This document shows positions 49,501-61,859 of a stretch of 64,000 bases of DNA, one piece after another. Origin of the DNA: Lama glama (taxonomy: Eukaryota); NCBI GenBank assembly GCA_028534125.1, contig CM052816.1:7752001-7816000 (forward strand), written 5' to 3'. The position numbers were made by a program, and so were the translations under genes. Below the pieces are notes generated by a model. That model had not been told where the DNA came from and did not search any database. It was given only the letters and a program-made list of their open reading frames with translations. How positions within the stretch are numbered: position 1 is the stretch's first letter; each line of letters begins with the position of its first letter.

Positions 49501-50120
49501 TCTCAGTTCCTGAAAACTTTTCAAGGTCATAAAGGTGAAACATGTGTCTTGTTATTCATAACAAATCCCTTTCACCACAACTGGGTTATGTTCATGCGGT
49601 GACTGTTGGAAAGCGCTTAAGGATGAGGGCTGGTTGCCAGGAGAACCAACCCAGGGGTGGGACTTTCAGTCCCACCAATCACCAGTGGTCCGTGAGTTAA
49701 TCAGTCCCGTCTATGTCATGAAGCCTCCACAAAAACCCAAAAGGAGGGGGTTTGGAAAGCTTCTGGGTTAGAGAACCATAATGTTTTCACTTCCCACAGC
49801 ACCCAGCCCCAAACTCCATGAGGACAGAAGCCCCTTTGTTCGGGACCTCACCCTGTATGTCTCCTCATCTGGCTGGTGATTCATATCCTTTAATATCCTT
49901 TGTAATAAATGGGTAATGTAGGGAGTAAATGTGTTTCCTGAGGTCTGTGAGCTGTTCTAGCCAATTAATTGAACCCAAGGAGGAGGTTGTGGAAACCTCT
50001 TGATTTATAACCAATCGGTCAGCAACTGGCATTTGAAATAGAGTGTGGTCTCGTGGGGCTGAGCCCTTTACCTGCAGAATTTGATGCTAGTCCCAGGTAG
50101 ATAGTGTCAGAACTGAGTTG
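46600..50120. mobile_element. cluster of ERV/MaLR LTRs (~46600-47110, ~47320-48230, MLT1 ~48240-48690, MER21-like ~49330-50120)
   Basis: LTR-type termini and motifs, AATAAA at ~49904 and MLT1 hallmarks. Subfamily names are tentative. Confidence 0.6.
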
Positions 50121-50175
50121 CATTCTTAGACACTTGCTCATGTCTGAGAGTTGCTTGTTGGTGCAGGGAAGCCTG

Positions 50176-50265
50176 CACACACACGCGCGCACGCATGCAC
50201 ACACCCACACACACACCAGGAACACAGAAGACGCACACACACACACCCACCAGGAACACAGAAGA
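50176..50265. repeat. (CA)n/(CG) microsatellite with duplicated unit caccaggaacacagaaga
   Basis: The unit occurs twice, separated by CA repeats. Confidence 0.9.
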
Positions 50266-51399
50266 GCTGTCTCTTACCCGCTCCCACCCCAGTCTGCTCC
50301 CCCTTTCCATTCTCCTGCTGGTGCCCTGGGAATGTTTCCTGAGGTGTTGGGGTGAAACCAACCTAGCGTGACCAATGCAGAGACCTGCCCCGCTCGTGTC
50401 TACATTCTCTAAGACACAGCTGATGACCCGCCTGTGTTTTTAGGTAACATAAGCATGGCGTATACTCACCACAGGCTGGGCTCTCTAAATATTTTAGGTA
50501 CAGAGCCTCCCTTAATCCATCCAGTGTCCCTGCAGAGATAAACACGATGTTCCCTTTTACAAATGAGGGCAGTGAGGCTCCGAGACAGCTACTTTCAAAA
50601 GAACACGCTGGTGGAGCCAGATGGGAATTCGGTCTGCTTAACTCGAAAGTTTGTGCATGTCAACAATTCACTGTGTAATGGAAGCTGCCCAAATGTAAAT
50701 ATGTGCAATGACTTTTATGATTTTGATAAATAGAGTTAGAGATCGGCTAACACAGAAGCTTTTTTTCTAGCATGTAAATCTTTATGGGAACTGAAAAGCC
50801 TTCCGTACACCTCAGTTAAATTATTTGTCTGATTTGGGCGATTTAAAAGTTGCTTCTTCAACTGTTGGGATTAAGGGTTCACAGGGAAATTTATTATTAT
50901 CATTATGTCTTCCCACAACCCCATTTCCATTCTCTCTCTTTAGCAAGAATTATGTAAAGACCTGATTCCAGTTTTATCTTACTGAAGGATTTTAAATGGG
51001 TTTTTGCACTCTTCAAAGTTTCGAAGGCAATTTCCGTGAAGAAGTAAAACTGAAAACTGAGAACTTTGTGTTTTATTAAATAATTATGACTCAGGAAATA
51101 ATTACTGAAAGGAGAAGAGGTACAACTTTTAAGCTAGTTCTAAGGCCCTCCCTTTGTGAATTTAGTGCCGATCCTAGAGGGTGCCAGGAGGGAAGTTTTG
51201 TGCTAATCTCACTGCTCTAACTAGTCATTTTTTTAAAATCGCACCCCATTAGGATCATAGCCCTGCGCTGTTTTTACATTCTTGAGAAACTCCTGAGTCA
51301 GACATGGGCCAAATCCTTTACTCATATTACCTCATTTAATTCTCCCCACACTCAGAAGTAGCTGTCACAACCATCTGACAGGTGGAGAAACAGACTCAT

Positions 51400-51610
51400 T
51401 AATACAGATAACATTTATTGAGCATTTGCTGTATTCTACCATTTCACCTTGCATTTGTGACCCCATTTAGTACTCGTAACAATTCTGTGTGCTAAGTTTA
51501 ATTTTACATCTATCTTACATGAGAGGAAACTGAGGCTCAAAGAGTTGATGTTACTTGCCCACAATCACAAAGCTAATAAATAGCGAAGCCAAGATTCTTC
51601 AGGCCCCTGC
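51400..51610 (-). mobile_element. MIR SINE
   Basis: gaggaaactgaggctcaaagag MIR core. Confidence 0.75.
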
Positions 51611-53310
51611 TCTTAGTCTCTCGCTATACTGTCTCCCAGAAAGGGAGGGAGGGAGGGTGACAGCATAATGCAAAGTGTGAATTGCCACTTGGAGAAGATG
51701 ATGGGATGAGGTCGGTTATGACAGCTGTCTTCAAAATGTCCAGATGCTGTCATAAGGAAAAAGGAGCTGATCTCTTCACTGTGGCCCCAAGAAGGCTGAG
51801 CTGGCGTGGGTCTCAACTTCTCTTGCTGAAGGAAGAATTCTAACAGAACAGCTATCAAGGGGTGGTTTCAGCAAGATGGGACTCCTTTTCATCGGCACAC
51901 GGCTCTCCGGATTTTCACCTGCTCGCTGATCACCCAGGGAGCTTGTTTTAACAAAGCAGACACTCAGGACCCCTCTCTCGGGGACTCGCAGTAATTGTGA
52001 AGCAAGTGCTCCTGGGCGAATCTGACACACGCGGCCTAGGACCACACAGGGAAATGCCAAGGAGGCACCAAGTGGAAACCCCACCATTAAAGAGGGGATT
52101 CCTTCATTACAGGGGAGGCTGGACTGGACGGTCCCTGTGTTACCTCCAGAGTGTCTGAAACTTGAGCTGCTAGGAATGTGATAGGATTGATTCTGGAAAC
52201 TTCTATGATCTAATTGTTCCATTTGAAGAGAGAGTTGTTTTGCCATGTGGTGGACTGCCTGAAAGTCTTTATGTTCACCCACCTTAAAACCATGGAAGGA
52301 TTTTTCTCATTTAATTCTGATACCCTCCACTCTACAGACCGGGAATCAGACTCAGAAAGGCTGGGCAGCACACACAGCCTCGACCCGCCCCCAGCGGTTC
52401 CCAGCCTGCTGCTGCTGCTTGGATTCACAGCAGCATCATGAACGCCTCACACCTTGCGGTATCTCTCCCACCTCAACTAGGCTCCAGGCTCAGCCTCTAA
52501 TGCATGCATCTGATTAGCATAACCTAAATCACATATGATTCTCTGGCTAAAGTTTAGTTGAGCAAATGGGAGTGTTTCATGTTCAGTATAGTTTTCCCCT
52601 TTCCAGCCTCTGCCCCCTGGGAAGGCATATTAGGGGGAAAAAAGAGTTGGAATAGATGCTGAGCAAACCAATCACATATCTCTGTCCCACCAGTTTTCCT
52701 GAAACCCTCCTCGCTTACCTCTGTACTACAGTTCTATTTCTGGAAATTGTTGTCTGTTCCCACTGTCTCTACTTCCTAACTTCCCATCCTTCCTTCGCTC
52801 ACAAAGTACAACTGCGTCCCTCTCATGATCAGTTCGTATCACATGACCTTTTCAGTCTCCTTGCTTTGGCTTTTCCCCTCTTCCGCTTCCACTCCTCTTT
52901 AGCACTTTCCAAGTTCTGCATTAGCCCCTCACTCTTCCCAGTCTGCACACTCTGCCAGGGTGTTCCTGTCCCCCTGGGTGGCATATCTACCGTATGCAGA
53001 TAATCCCCCAAAACGTAACTCCAGCCATAAAATCTTTCCCAAGGAACAGACCAGGTTTCCAATTGCATCCTTAAAGTGTCTACGTGAATATCACAAGCAC
53101 CTCAAACTCAACATACTAAACCTGATACTAAATTCATCATCTTACTTCCAAAATCTGTTCTTCCCCCTGCATTCTACGTCTGTGTAAACTGCACAGCTAT
53201 CCACCACCTCACTGAACCCTGGAAGTCGATTTGATTGCCCTCTTTCCCTTTCTGTTCCTATATTCAATCGACCCCTAAGGTCATAAACTTAGTGAAATCC
53301 TCTTGCTGAG

Positions 53311-53316
53311 TTTAAT
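53311..53316 (-). terminator. candidate SMIM3 polyadenylation signal (ATTAAA)
   Basis: tttaat on the plus strand, ~1.16 kb past the stop codon, at the end of an AU-rich non-repeat 3' UTR and next to an L2 fragment. Confidence 0.45.
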
Positions 53317-54474
53317 AGGTACTCTTTACAAAGAAAGACTTCGGACATGCTCATTCTAGCACTTTACTGGAAATTAGTTGTGTACATCAATGAAATCAGA
53401 TCAAAGTAAAGCATTGTTTTCACACAATAATATCCTGGTATCTGTGCTGTCTTCTTACATAACTTAATAAATCCCCCCATGCTCCTGATTTTCGTCAAAG
53501 AGCTTGAGTGGTCCAGAAATCTCTGTATACATATAAATATAAATTTTAGCGTTTAAAATAAACATTGTTGTTTGAGTTAGTTCCAAAAGTGCTGGGAACA
53601 TCTCTTAAAATATGTCTGTATCTTGGAATGGTTGCACTGCTGGTGGGAGGGAGTGACGGGAGGATACACCATGCGGCGGAGCTAATTATAGCAGGAGCTG
53701 GGGGAGAGGGGGACACAGGGGATGGGGGCTGGAGGGCCTGAAAGCTGGCCAGGGATCTCAGCCACCCTGCATCTGCCAACACCCACTGAGTGTCAAAGCT
53801 ATGGGGCTCCAGTGGAGAAAGAAGCCATCGGCCCAGCTCCCTTGGCATTGCCAAGAAATGGCAGAGCCCCCTCCAGACTGCACAGGGGCAGAGATTCTGG
53901 CATCCTGGGAAGATCCACCCATCTCCCTCCTCCTGCTATGCTCAGTTCCCTCCCAAATTAGAAAACTCGAGGGGGTGGCACCTCAAAGACAGTAACTTTG
54001 AGCCACATGCTGTTGGTCCCTTGGAACGAGGACAGGGTGCCTTTGCTTGGTTGCACCTGAGGGGCACTGGCAAAGGCTGCTCTGCCCGTGTCTCCCTTGA
54101 AGGCCCTCATCAGCAATTAGGGTCTTTGGTTCTTCAAAGCTTCTCAGCATTCAGTGATAACACCTGTGTATCTGCTGACTAACAGCTTTAACCTCCGCTA
54201 GGTCATTGGTTCTCACCACCCCATGAGGTAGGACGGACAGGGATCACGCTCCCCATTTGGAAGATAAGGAACCTGGAACTCAGAGAATTAGGTCCCTTCA
54301 CCGAATTCACGCAGCTGGCCAGTGGCAGGATCAAAACCAAGACTCAGGTCTCCTCACATATCCGGCTCCAAAGTCTACGCTCCGAAGTCCTTCCTGCTGC
54401 TTTTCTGAGGAAGGGGAAGAAGCTGGGGGAGGGGACACTGTCCTCATCCTTCACCTGCCCCTCTTGGGAGGTTC

Positions 54475-54657
54475 TCAGACAGCGCCATTGAGGACGGGAT
54501 GAGTCCGCATGCGATAGATGATGACCGCAGTGGCCGGGCACAGCAACAAGGAGGTCATGATGACAATGGTGGCCAGGATGATGAGGACAATGACCCAGAT
54601 GTCCAGGATGTGCTTGGGGAGCACGGCTTCCATGGGGACCTGGCTGACGGCGTCCAT
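54475..54657 (-). CDS. SMIM3: small integral membrane protein 3 (NID67), 60 aa, whole CDS in the last exon
   Basis: [60 protein letters not shown], a single TM helix recognised as SMIM3. A strong acceptor (cctcttctcctgtctgttgcag|) starts the exon at 54668. The 5' non-coding exon was not located and probably lies beyond the window. Confidence 0.96.
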   Translation of the reverse strand: MDAVSQVPMEAVLPKHILDIWVIVLIILATIVIMTSLLLCPATAVIIYRMRTHPVLNGAV

Positions 54658-55189
54658 GCTGCTTCACTCTGCAACAGACAGGAGAAGAGGACATCACCGT
54701 GTGGTACCCTCCCCCTGCCTCCCTCGTTGGAATGGAAGCCTGCCCCAGGAGTCAGAAGGTAGGTCGCTTATCAGCTCTGTACGTGTTAAGGTTGCTTAGT
54801 CAGTAATAATAATGGCCTCCTTTACCGCGCGGGCTTGCTGCGGGCCAGGCCCCGTGCTAAGCGCGTCATGTGTTTTACCTCACCTAGTGCTCACTTCAAC
54901 CACCAGGCCTTTGAGGAGGGGAGTATTACTGCCATGCTTTTTCATTTCTTGGCCTTTATCTTCAGTTATCCCCATCGTGGAGGTAAGAATTCTAAAGCTT
55001 TAAAAGATGTAGATGAAGTTAATTTAACCAAAGAAGTGAAACCAGATGGGAGGGCCTCCAGGTTCTCCACGTGTGACTATTAAACTATCACACCACTGCT
55101 CTCTTCCCTCATCTGTCAAATGGGAAATTCATTGTTCTTGGTTCTGCATCCCTTCTCCCACCTTCCTGGGAACAGAACCTACCTTTTCT

Positions 55190-55590
55190 GTGTGCTTAAG
55201 TTAGGGACTTGCACAGGGATGGACATGTGACCGAGGCTTGGCCCTTACCAGTTCAGGGATAGGCAAGTGGCCAGGCAAGGTCAACCAAAGTCCTCGCAGG
55301 GCTTTTAGGCACCTACTATTAGGAATGATTCTTTCTGCTGAGTTTGTTAAACTGTAAAGATGTGAGTCTGGAGAGGCTGGGTGTGGGACTCTTGCCCACG
55401 TGTGGAGAGCCCGTCCTAGAGATGGAAAGAGAAGTGGAGCCCTGATGACCTCATTTGAGCACCTGAACCCAGCCAGTCTGACACCATCTGCAACGCGGGG
55501 CATCCCAGGTATACAGGTGAATAATCCCCTAGTTTTGCTGAAGCCAGTGTCAGTTTGGTTTCTCTCACTTGCAGCTCAAAGAGTTCTGAT
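55190..55590 (+). mobile_element. old MaLR LTR (MLT1J/K-like)
   Basis: ggacatgtgacc...tcagtttggtttctctcacttgcagctcaaagagttctga. Confidence 0.65.
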
Positions 55591-55606
55591 GGATAAAGAT
55601 GTAAAT

Positions 55607-56181
55607 CAGTTGTTCCCAAACTTTTAAAATTCACAGCACCCTTAGTGTCTCAGTCATTTTTTCACAGCCCTCCAGGCCAAAAGAAATACCTAGCAGTCCC
55701 ATTAATTACACAGTTAGCTTCAGTTTAATAAGCATTCATGTTCTAAGAAATTAGTAACTGTTTGACGGAATAATACGTACAAATTGAAAGAAAAAAATGT
55801 GTATTTCATTCTTAGCCAGAAACTTACTAATGGCATGTGTACAACTGTGAGGCATTGCACCACTTTTCAAACTTTGGAGTCAGATCAGACGATGCCCTGC
55901 TCGCTTCCTACTCCCCGTTCATTTGTGTGTGGTGCTTGTTGTATCATAGCAACCGCCAAAAACTCAGCTTCACAAAATACAGCATTGCCAAAGGGAATTT
56001 AGTATGATTAATGTTAAACCATAAACTGTCTTGAGCTAGTAGTTTGCACAGTGTCTGAGAGATGTCAAATATCAATATTCCTGTCAAAGATTTTAAAGAC
56101 CCCGCAGCCCCCAGACACACACTTTTCAAGGCAAGTTCAGTGCGGCTCCCCAGGGCTCAGTGCACAACCTGGGAACCACAG
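55607..56181. mobile_element. hAT-Charlie DNA transposon fossil
   Basis: Charlie-type imperfect TIRs, cagttgttccca ... tgggaaccacag. Confidence 0.6.
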
Positions 56182-57073
56182 GTGTAATCCATTCCCTGCC
56201 CAGAAGTCACAAGGCTGGAACAAACAATCTCTTCTGGTTCCTTCTAGATCCAAGATCTATAAATCTATGATTCTAGGTCCCAGGCAAAATTCCCAGTTCC
56301 AGTCCCATTTCCTGCTTTTACCTAAATTAGTAACTTTTCCTTTTTATTGCATTGGCTCTGTGTTGACTGTGACTGCATTAAGTGCCTGATCACCATGCCC
56401 AAGGTACAGTCTCCAAGACTTACATACAACGAAGTTTGTTTCTGCACTGTTTGCTATAGCAACCAACACAACAGACGTATCCACAAACTGTAAAATAAAG
56501 CAGAGTATACTCATATAATGAAATACCGTGCACCAATTTTCACTCATTTATTTAACAAATACATAGGGCTTGCTACATACCAAGCATTGTTCCAAGTGTG
56601 TTACAAATATTAACGTACTTAATAGTTATTAAAAAGAATGATGATCTGTGGTGAGCTCCCAAATTGTTTAAGTGGAAAAAGTAAAGTGCAGCATAATGTG
56701 TATAGGATGATTCCCTGGTTCAGATTTTGTAGAATGAAGTAGTTAGGCAAGGGTATATAACTGTGAAATCATTTGTGAGCAGAATCTGAAGAGAGTGTTA
56801 ATAGTGATTACCTTTAGGAGTTGGACTAGGAGTGGGAGAAGTTTTTGCTTTTCACCCTTCACATTTTTATACTGTTTGAGTTTTCTACACATGAGCATGT
56901 CTTGCTTTTAATTTTTTTAAGTCAACTGGTTGAGGGAAAAATCAACTTTTTAGTTTTGGGTTTTTCTTTATAGTTCTCTATATTAAAAAAAAAAGACTAC
57001 ATACATACATGTACAATTTTCAAGCCAAATAAAATTAAAGTATGAGGTTAGATCTTTTAAGTGTGAGACTAGA

Positions 57074-57264
57074 TCAGTGGTCACCAAATGCTGTACACTG
57101 TGCTAAGTGAGAACCATCTTAGGACAGTTTAAGAAACACTGATTCTGGGGCCCATTACAGACTTACTGAATTAGACTCAGGAGAGGAGAGGAAGGGGCCT
57201 TTCCTCCCTCCTTGCCCCCATTTTCCAGGTGATTTGAACACGCAGCCAGGTTCAGGAACCCCTG
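57074..57264. mobile_element. MER5-like hAT-Charlie MITE
   Basis: cagtggtcaccaaa...actgattctggggccc...ccaggtgatt...ggaacccctg. Confidence 0.65.
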
Positions 57265-60189
57265 GACTCAACTCTAAGGCCTCTATGACTCTTCCTAGCA
57301 CTATGATTCAGGAATGGACTCCCCTGTGCTCTGTAGTCAGTCTGGTCAGATCTGGGCAAGTTCCAGGATGGAGGAGAAGCCCCTGGCAGGGCTCCCAAGG
57401 CCACAGGATCAGGCAGTGGCCTCCATCAGAGGAAGAGGCACACGCTGGCCCTTCCTCAGCCTCGGAAACGTGCTGACTTGCTCCAAGGTCTAAGGCGCGG
57501 TGTCATGAGTCACAGGAGACACACACTGTTAAAGGGGGCGGGGGCGGGAGAAGTCATTCTCTGCGGTCTCCTGATTACATCAATAGCTAGCCTGTCTTGG
57601 GCCAAAGGAACCCCACAAAAGCCCTTTCTGGTAAGCCCATTAACATCAAACAGAGTTTGTGACTGCAACTGCCAGGAATACATAATCTCCCTGGCTGATT
57701 TTCATTAGGAAAACCTGTCATTTACGGGAACTCAGCCTTCAAGGCTCACTCATAATCAAGAATCACGCAACACTGAAGCCAGAATTAGCCTGGCTTCACA
57801 GGTGGCAAAACTGAGGTCCAGAGGTCTTCCCCCACCTTCAAGTCCACCCCCTTCCAGAATAATCATTCAAAGACATGAATCTGATCTGGTCACTGGCCCT
57901 AAAACAAAACAGAACAGGCAGATGAATAAATGAAACTTTGTCGGTAAGCTGTATTCTAGCCTGTACCAGTATGACTCGTTTACACCTGAAACTGTTTAAA
58001 ACCCCAATCACAAAAACAGAGAAATCGGAGCTACTCAGAAATGCTGGGGAGGGGCCGACGAGCGGGGTTCGGGGTCCTACCCAGTCGGCAGGGCTGAGTA
58101 AATATCCTTAGAGACCCTCAACACTAGAGATTAGGGCGCCCACCCACTTCACATACACAATTCAAACTAAAAGCAATACGAAAACATAACATCAAAATGT
58201 TGATGTTACGACGAAGTTAAATCATTTTTTTCTAACCGAAAACATCTGAAACAGAACTCCCAGTTAGTCTTCTGGTGCCCCCGCTTAGCGCGGCCTGCTC
58301 ACTTGGTATAGCACAGCTGTTCGGCCGCTCCTTGACCCCCTGGGCTCCTCAAAGCACAGTCTGAAAACCACAAGCTGTGATATTCTCCAAGGGCCCTTCT
58401 GGGGCTACTGTTCCAGGGCTCTAAGGCTGGCCGTACACGTGGCCAGGCGTCAGAGGGCACCGGGAGCACCGTCTCCCTGTCCAGCCCTCTCAGTCCTCCA
58501 GCGTGCTCTCCGATGGGCTGTTCCCTCCCATGGAACAGAGGTTCCAGTCACTCCCCTCTCTCCTCACTGTGAAAGAAAAATTTTGTCCCCCAAATAAGAA
58601 CTACACAAACCAGATGTTCAGCACCGCTAATGGCCTGCTGGAAAATTTTGCTTGAGAAGAAGCAGGACTTGAAGCTGCTGCTCGCTGACTTCTGTTTGAC
58701 CTCTGTCTGGCATCTGGGTGACTGGCTCCTTGTGAGTGCATAAAACTTTCTTGGTCCATCTAATTAGTAACTATAGATCAATCAGCCTATTGTTTGCTTT
58801 GTAGATATATTACTTGTGATTTCTGATTAATGCGTCATGTCACAATATGGCCCAAGCCATTCATGTCACAAATTTAAGCTTATCACTGATAAAAATGTTT
58901 TTATGACCATAGAGGGTAAAAGAGCAGTCAGGCCTAAATTCTTACTATTTTAAACTGGCACTTTACCTCATTAATGAATAATAAACTTTAACATATGTTC
59001 AATAGAACTTTGTCTAAGAAACTACATTACCACCTCCACAGCTGCCGAGCAAAGCAGCCACTGGCATCTTCAGCCACTGACACCACCCAGGCCCTGCGTG
59101 ACTGCCCTGTGAACTGGAGACATCATGGCTCCACTTTGGACCATGAGGTTAAGCAATTTAGACTATTCAGTGGAAAGTTAAGAATCCCCAAGTGACTATT
59201 TTGTATCCATTAACAAGGCTAAGTGCAAGGGTAGAAAATTATTCCTCCAGAGGGGGAAAACATTGTACCTTCTTCAAAGGTGGAAATTCATTCCATCAAG
59301 TAGTCTATTTGGTTCAACCTAGGAAAGAAAGTGGAGGTGCTTTACTGCTTCCTTCAGAAACATCAAGTTTTACTTCCAGAACCATTTTTCTTAAGCAACT
59401 GAAAGTCCTTTTACAAATAATAATAGTAATAATAAGTTCCAGTCAATTCCATCATATTGCAAATTTTCTAGTGCCAACAAAAATACATATAAATTTCATA
59501 AAGTAAAATTTCCTACAAATCAGGAGTTTTAGACTAACTAAATTCAAAGTGACTAATCTGTGCTATCTATCTCTGTTTCAATTATGAGATCCTCCTCCCT
59601 CACAAGCACTGTCACCGCCCTGACAGAGCAATATTGTTTCTGGTGAGTGCTGTCAGGACAGGTAAATCTGTCTAGGATGTTCGTTCATTCACTCACTCCT
59701 TCATTCATTCATTTGGTAAGTTCTCGCTATGTCCAAGATACTCTCTTGGGAATTACTGTTATTTACTCGGAAGACATAAATCTTTTACTTCCAAGAAGCA
59801 CAGAGGAGTGAAGTCCCCCTCCCCTCACTTCCTCCAACACAGAATCACATAAGCCAGCATTTGTTTAACAAATACCAAGTGCTAAGGACTGTACTGGGCT
59901 TTGTCCCATACATTAACTTATTTAATGTATTCCTGTGCAGGATATATTATCTTACAGATGTGGAAACTAAAGCTGAGAGAGGTTAACCGGCTAGCGATTG
60001 TAAAGCCAGTAAATGGGATTCAAACTCAAGTCTCCTGACCCTGAATTACAGCTACCACCAAAGCACCCACACAGACCGAGGAGTGTGAGCAGGGAGTAAG
60101 CCAGCTCCAGAGCTCTCTTCTAAGTTCAGGTCAGACTCTTACTGTTTTTGGCCAAAGACCATTCTAGATTTAGAGAATGAGGAGATACA

Positions 60190-61835
60190 ACAGACAATCT
60201 TAAAATGTGTGTGGAACCACAGAAGAGCCCAAATTACAAAGCAATCTTGAGAAAGAACAAAGCTGGAAACATCAAGCTCCCTCATTTCAAACTATATTAC
60301 AAAGCCACAGTTATCACAAAAGTATGGTATTGACATGAAAACAACCACACAGATCACTGGAAATAAGCCCACACATATATAGCCAATTAATTTACTACAA
60401 TGGATGTAAGAATATACAATGGAGAAAGGACCAGCTCTTTAATAAGTGGAGTTGAGAAAACTAGGCAGTCACATGCAAAAGAATGAACTTAGACTACTGT
60501 CTTAAACTGTGCATAAAAGTTAGCTCAGAATGGATCAAAGACCTGAAATCATAAAACTCCTAGAAGAAAACATAGACAGTAAACTTCTTGACCTTGATCT
60601 TGGCAAGGAGTTCTTGGATCTGACTCCAGAAGCAAGGGCAACAAAAGCAAAAATAAACAAATGGGACTACATTAAACTAAAAAGCTTCTGCACAGTGAAG
60701 AAAACTATCAAAATAAAAAGGCAACCTACTGAATAGGAGAAGATATTTGCAAATCATATGTCCAAAAAGGGGTTAATATTCAAACTATATAAGGAACAAA
60801 AAATATCAATCTGGTTAAAAAATGGGCAGAGGATCTGAATAGACACTTCTCCAAAGAAGACCTACAGATGGCCAACAGACACATGAAAAGATGCTCAGCA
60901 TCACTCATCATCAGGGAAATGCAAGTCAAAGCCACAACGAGACATCACCTCACGACCTGTTAGAATGGCTATTATCAAAAAGACAAGAAATAAGTGTTGG
61001 GGAGGATGTGGAGGAAAGGGAACTCTTGTACACTGTTGGTGGGAGTGTAAATTGGTGCAACCACTATGGAAAATTGTATGGAGGGTCCTTAGAAAATTAA
61101 AAACAGAAGGACCATATGATCCAGCAATTCCACTTCTGGGTATTTATCCAAAGAAAACAAAAACACTACTTTGAAAAGATATATGCAGCCCTATGTTCAT
61201 TGCAGTAGTATTTTTAATAGCCAAGGTAAGGAAACAACCCAAGTATCCATCAATGGATTAATGGATAAAGATGATGAGGTGTATATATACAATGGAATAC
61301 TACTTACCCATAAAAAGAATGAAATCCTGGCACGTGTGACAACAGGGATGGACCTTGAGGATATTATGCTAAGTGAAATAAGCCAGACAGAGAAAGACAA
61401 ATACCATATGACTTCACTTATATGTGAAATATGAAAAACAAAACAAATGAACAACAAAATTAAACTAAACCAAACCAACAGATACAGAGAACAGACTGAT
61501 GGTTGCCAGAGGGGAGGGGGGGTCAGGGAGTGGACAAAATGGGTGAAGGGGGGCAAGATGCGCCAACTTCCTGTTACAAAATAAATAAGTTGTGGGGATA
61601 CAATGTACAGTATGGTGACAATAGTCAAGAATATTGTATTGCATAGTTGAAAGGTGCTAAGGGAGTAAATCATAAAAATTCTCATCACAAGAAAAAATAA
61701 TTTTGTAACTTTGTATGGTGACAAATGGTAACTAGAAGTACTGATCATTTTGCAGCATATACAAATATTGAATCATTATGTTGTATACCTGAAATTAATA
61801 TCATGTTATATGCCAATTACACCTCAGTAAAAAAT
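60190..61835 (+). mobile_element. L1 ORF2 3' part and 3' UTR (SMIM3 intron, antisense to the gene)
   Basis: IKLLEENI...[50 protein letters not shown] and MDLEDIMLSEISQTEKDKYHM. Confidence 0.92.
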
Positions 61836-61859
61836 GAGAGGGAGATGCAATCTACTAAG

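Noticed and set aside
51776..52282. 168-aa minus-strand ORF
   Set aside because: Overlaps MER5-like and other old repeat remnants, with no recognisable domain.
54344..54799. ORFs overlapping SMIM3 in other frames or on the other strand
   Set aside because: Expected shadows of a GC-rich coding exon that run into intron sequence.
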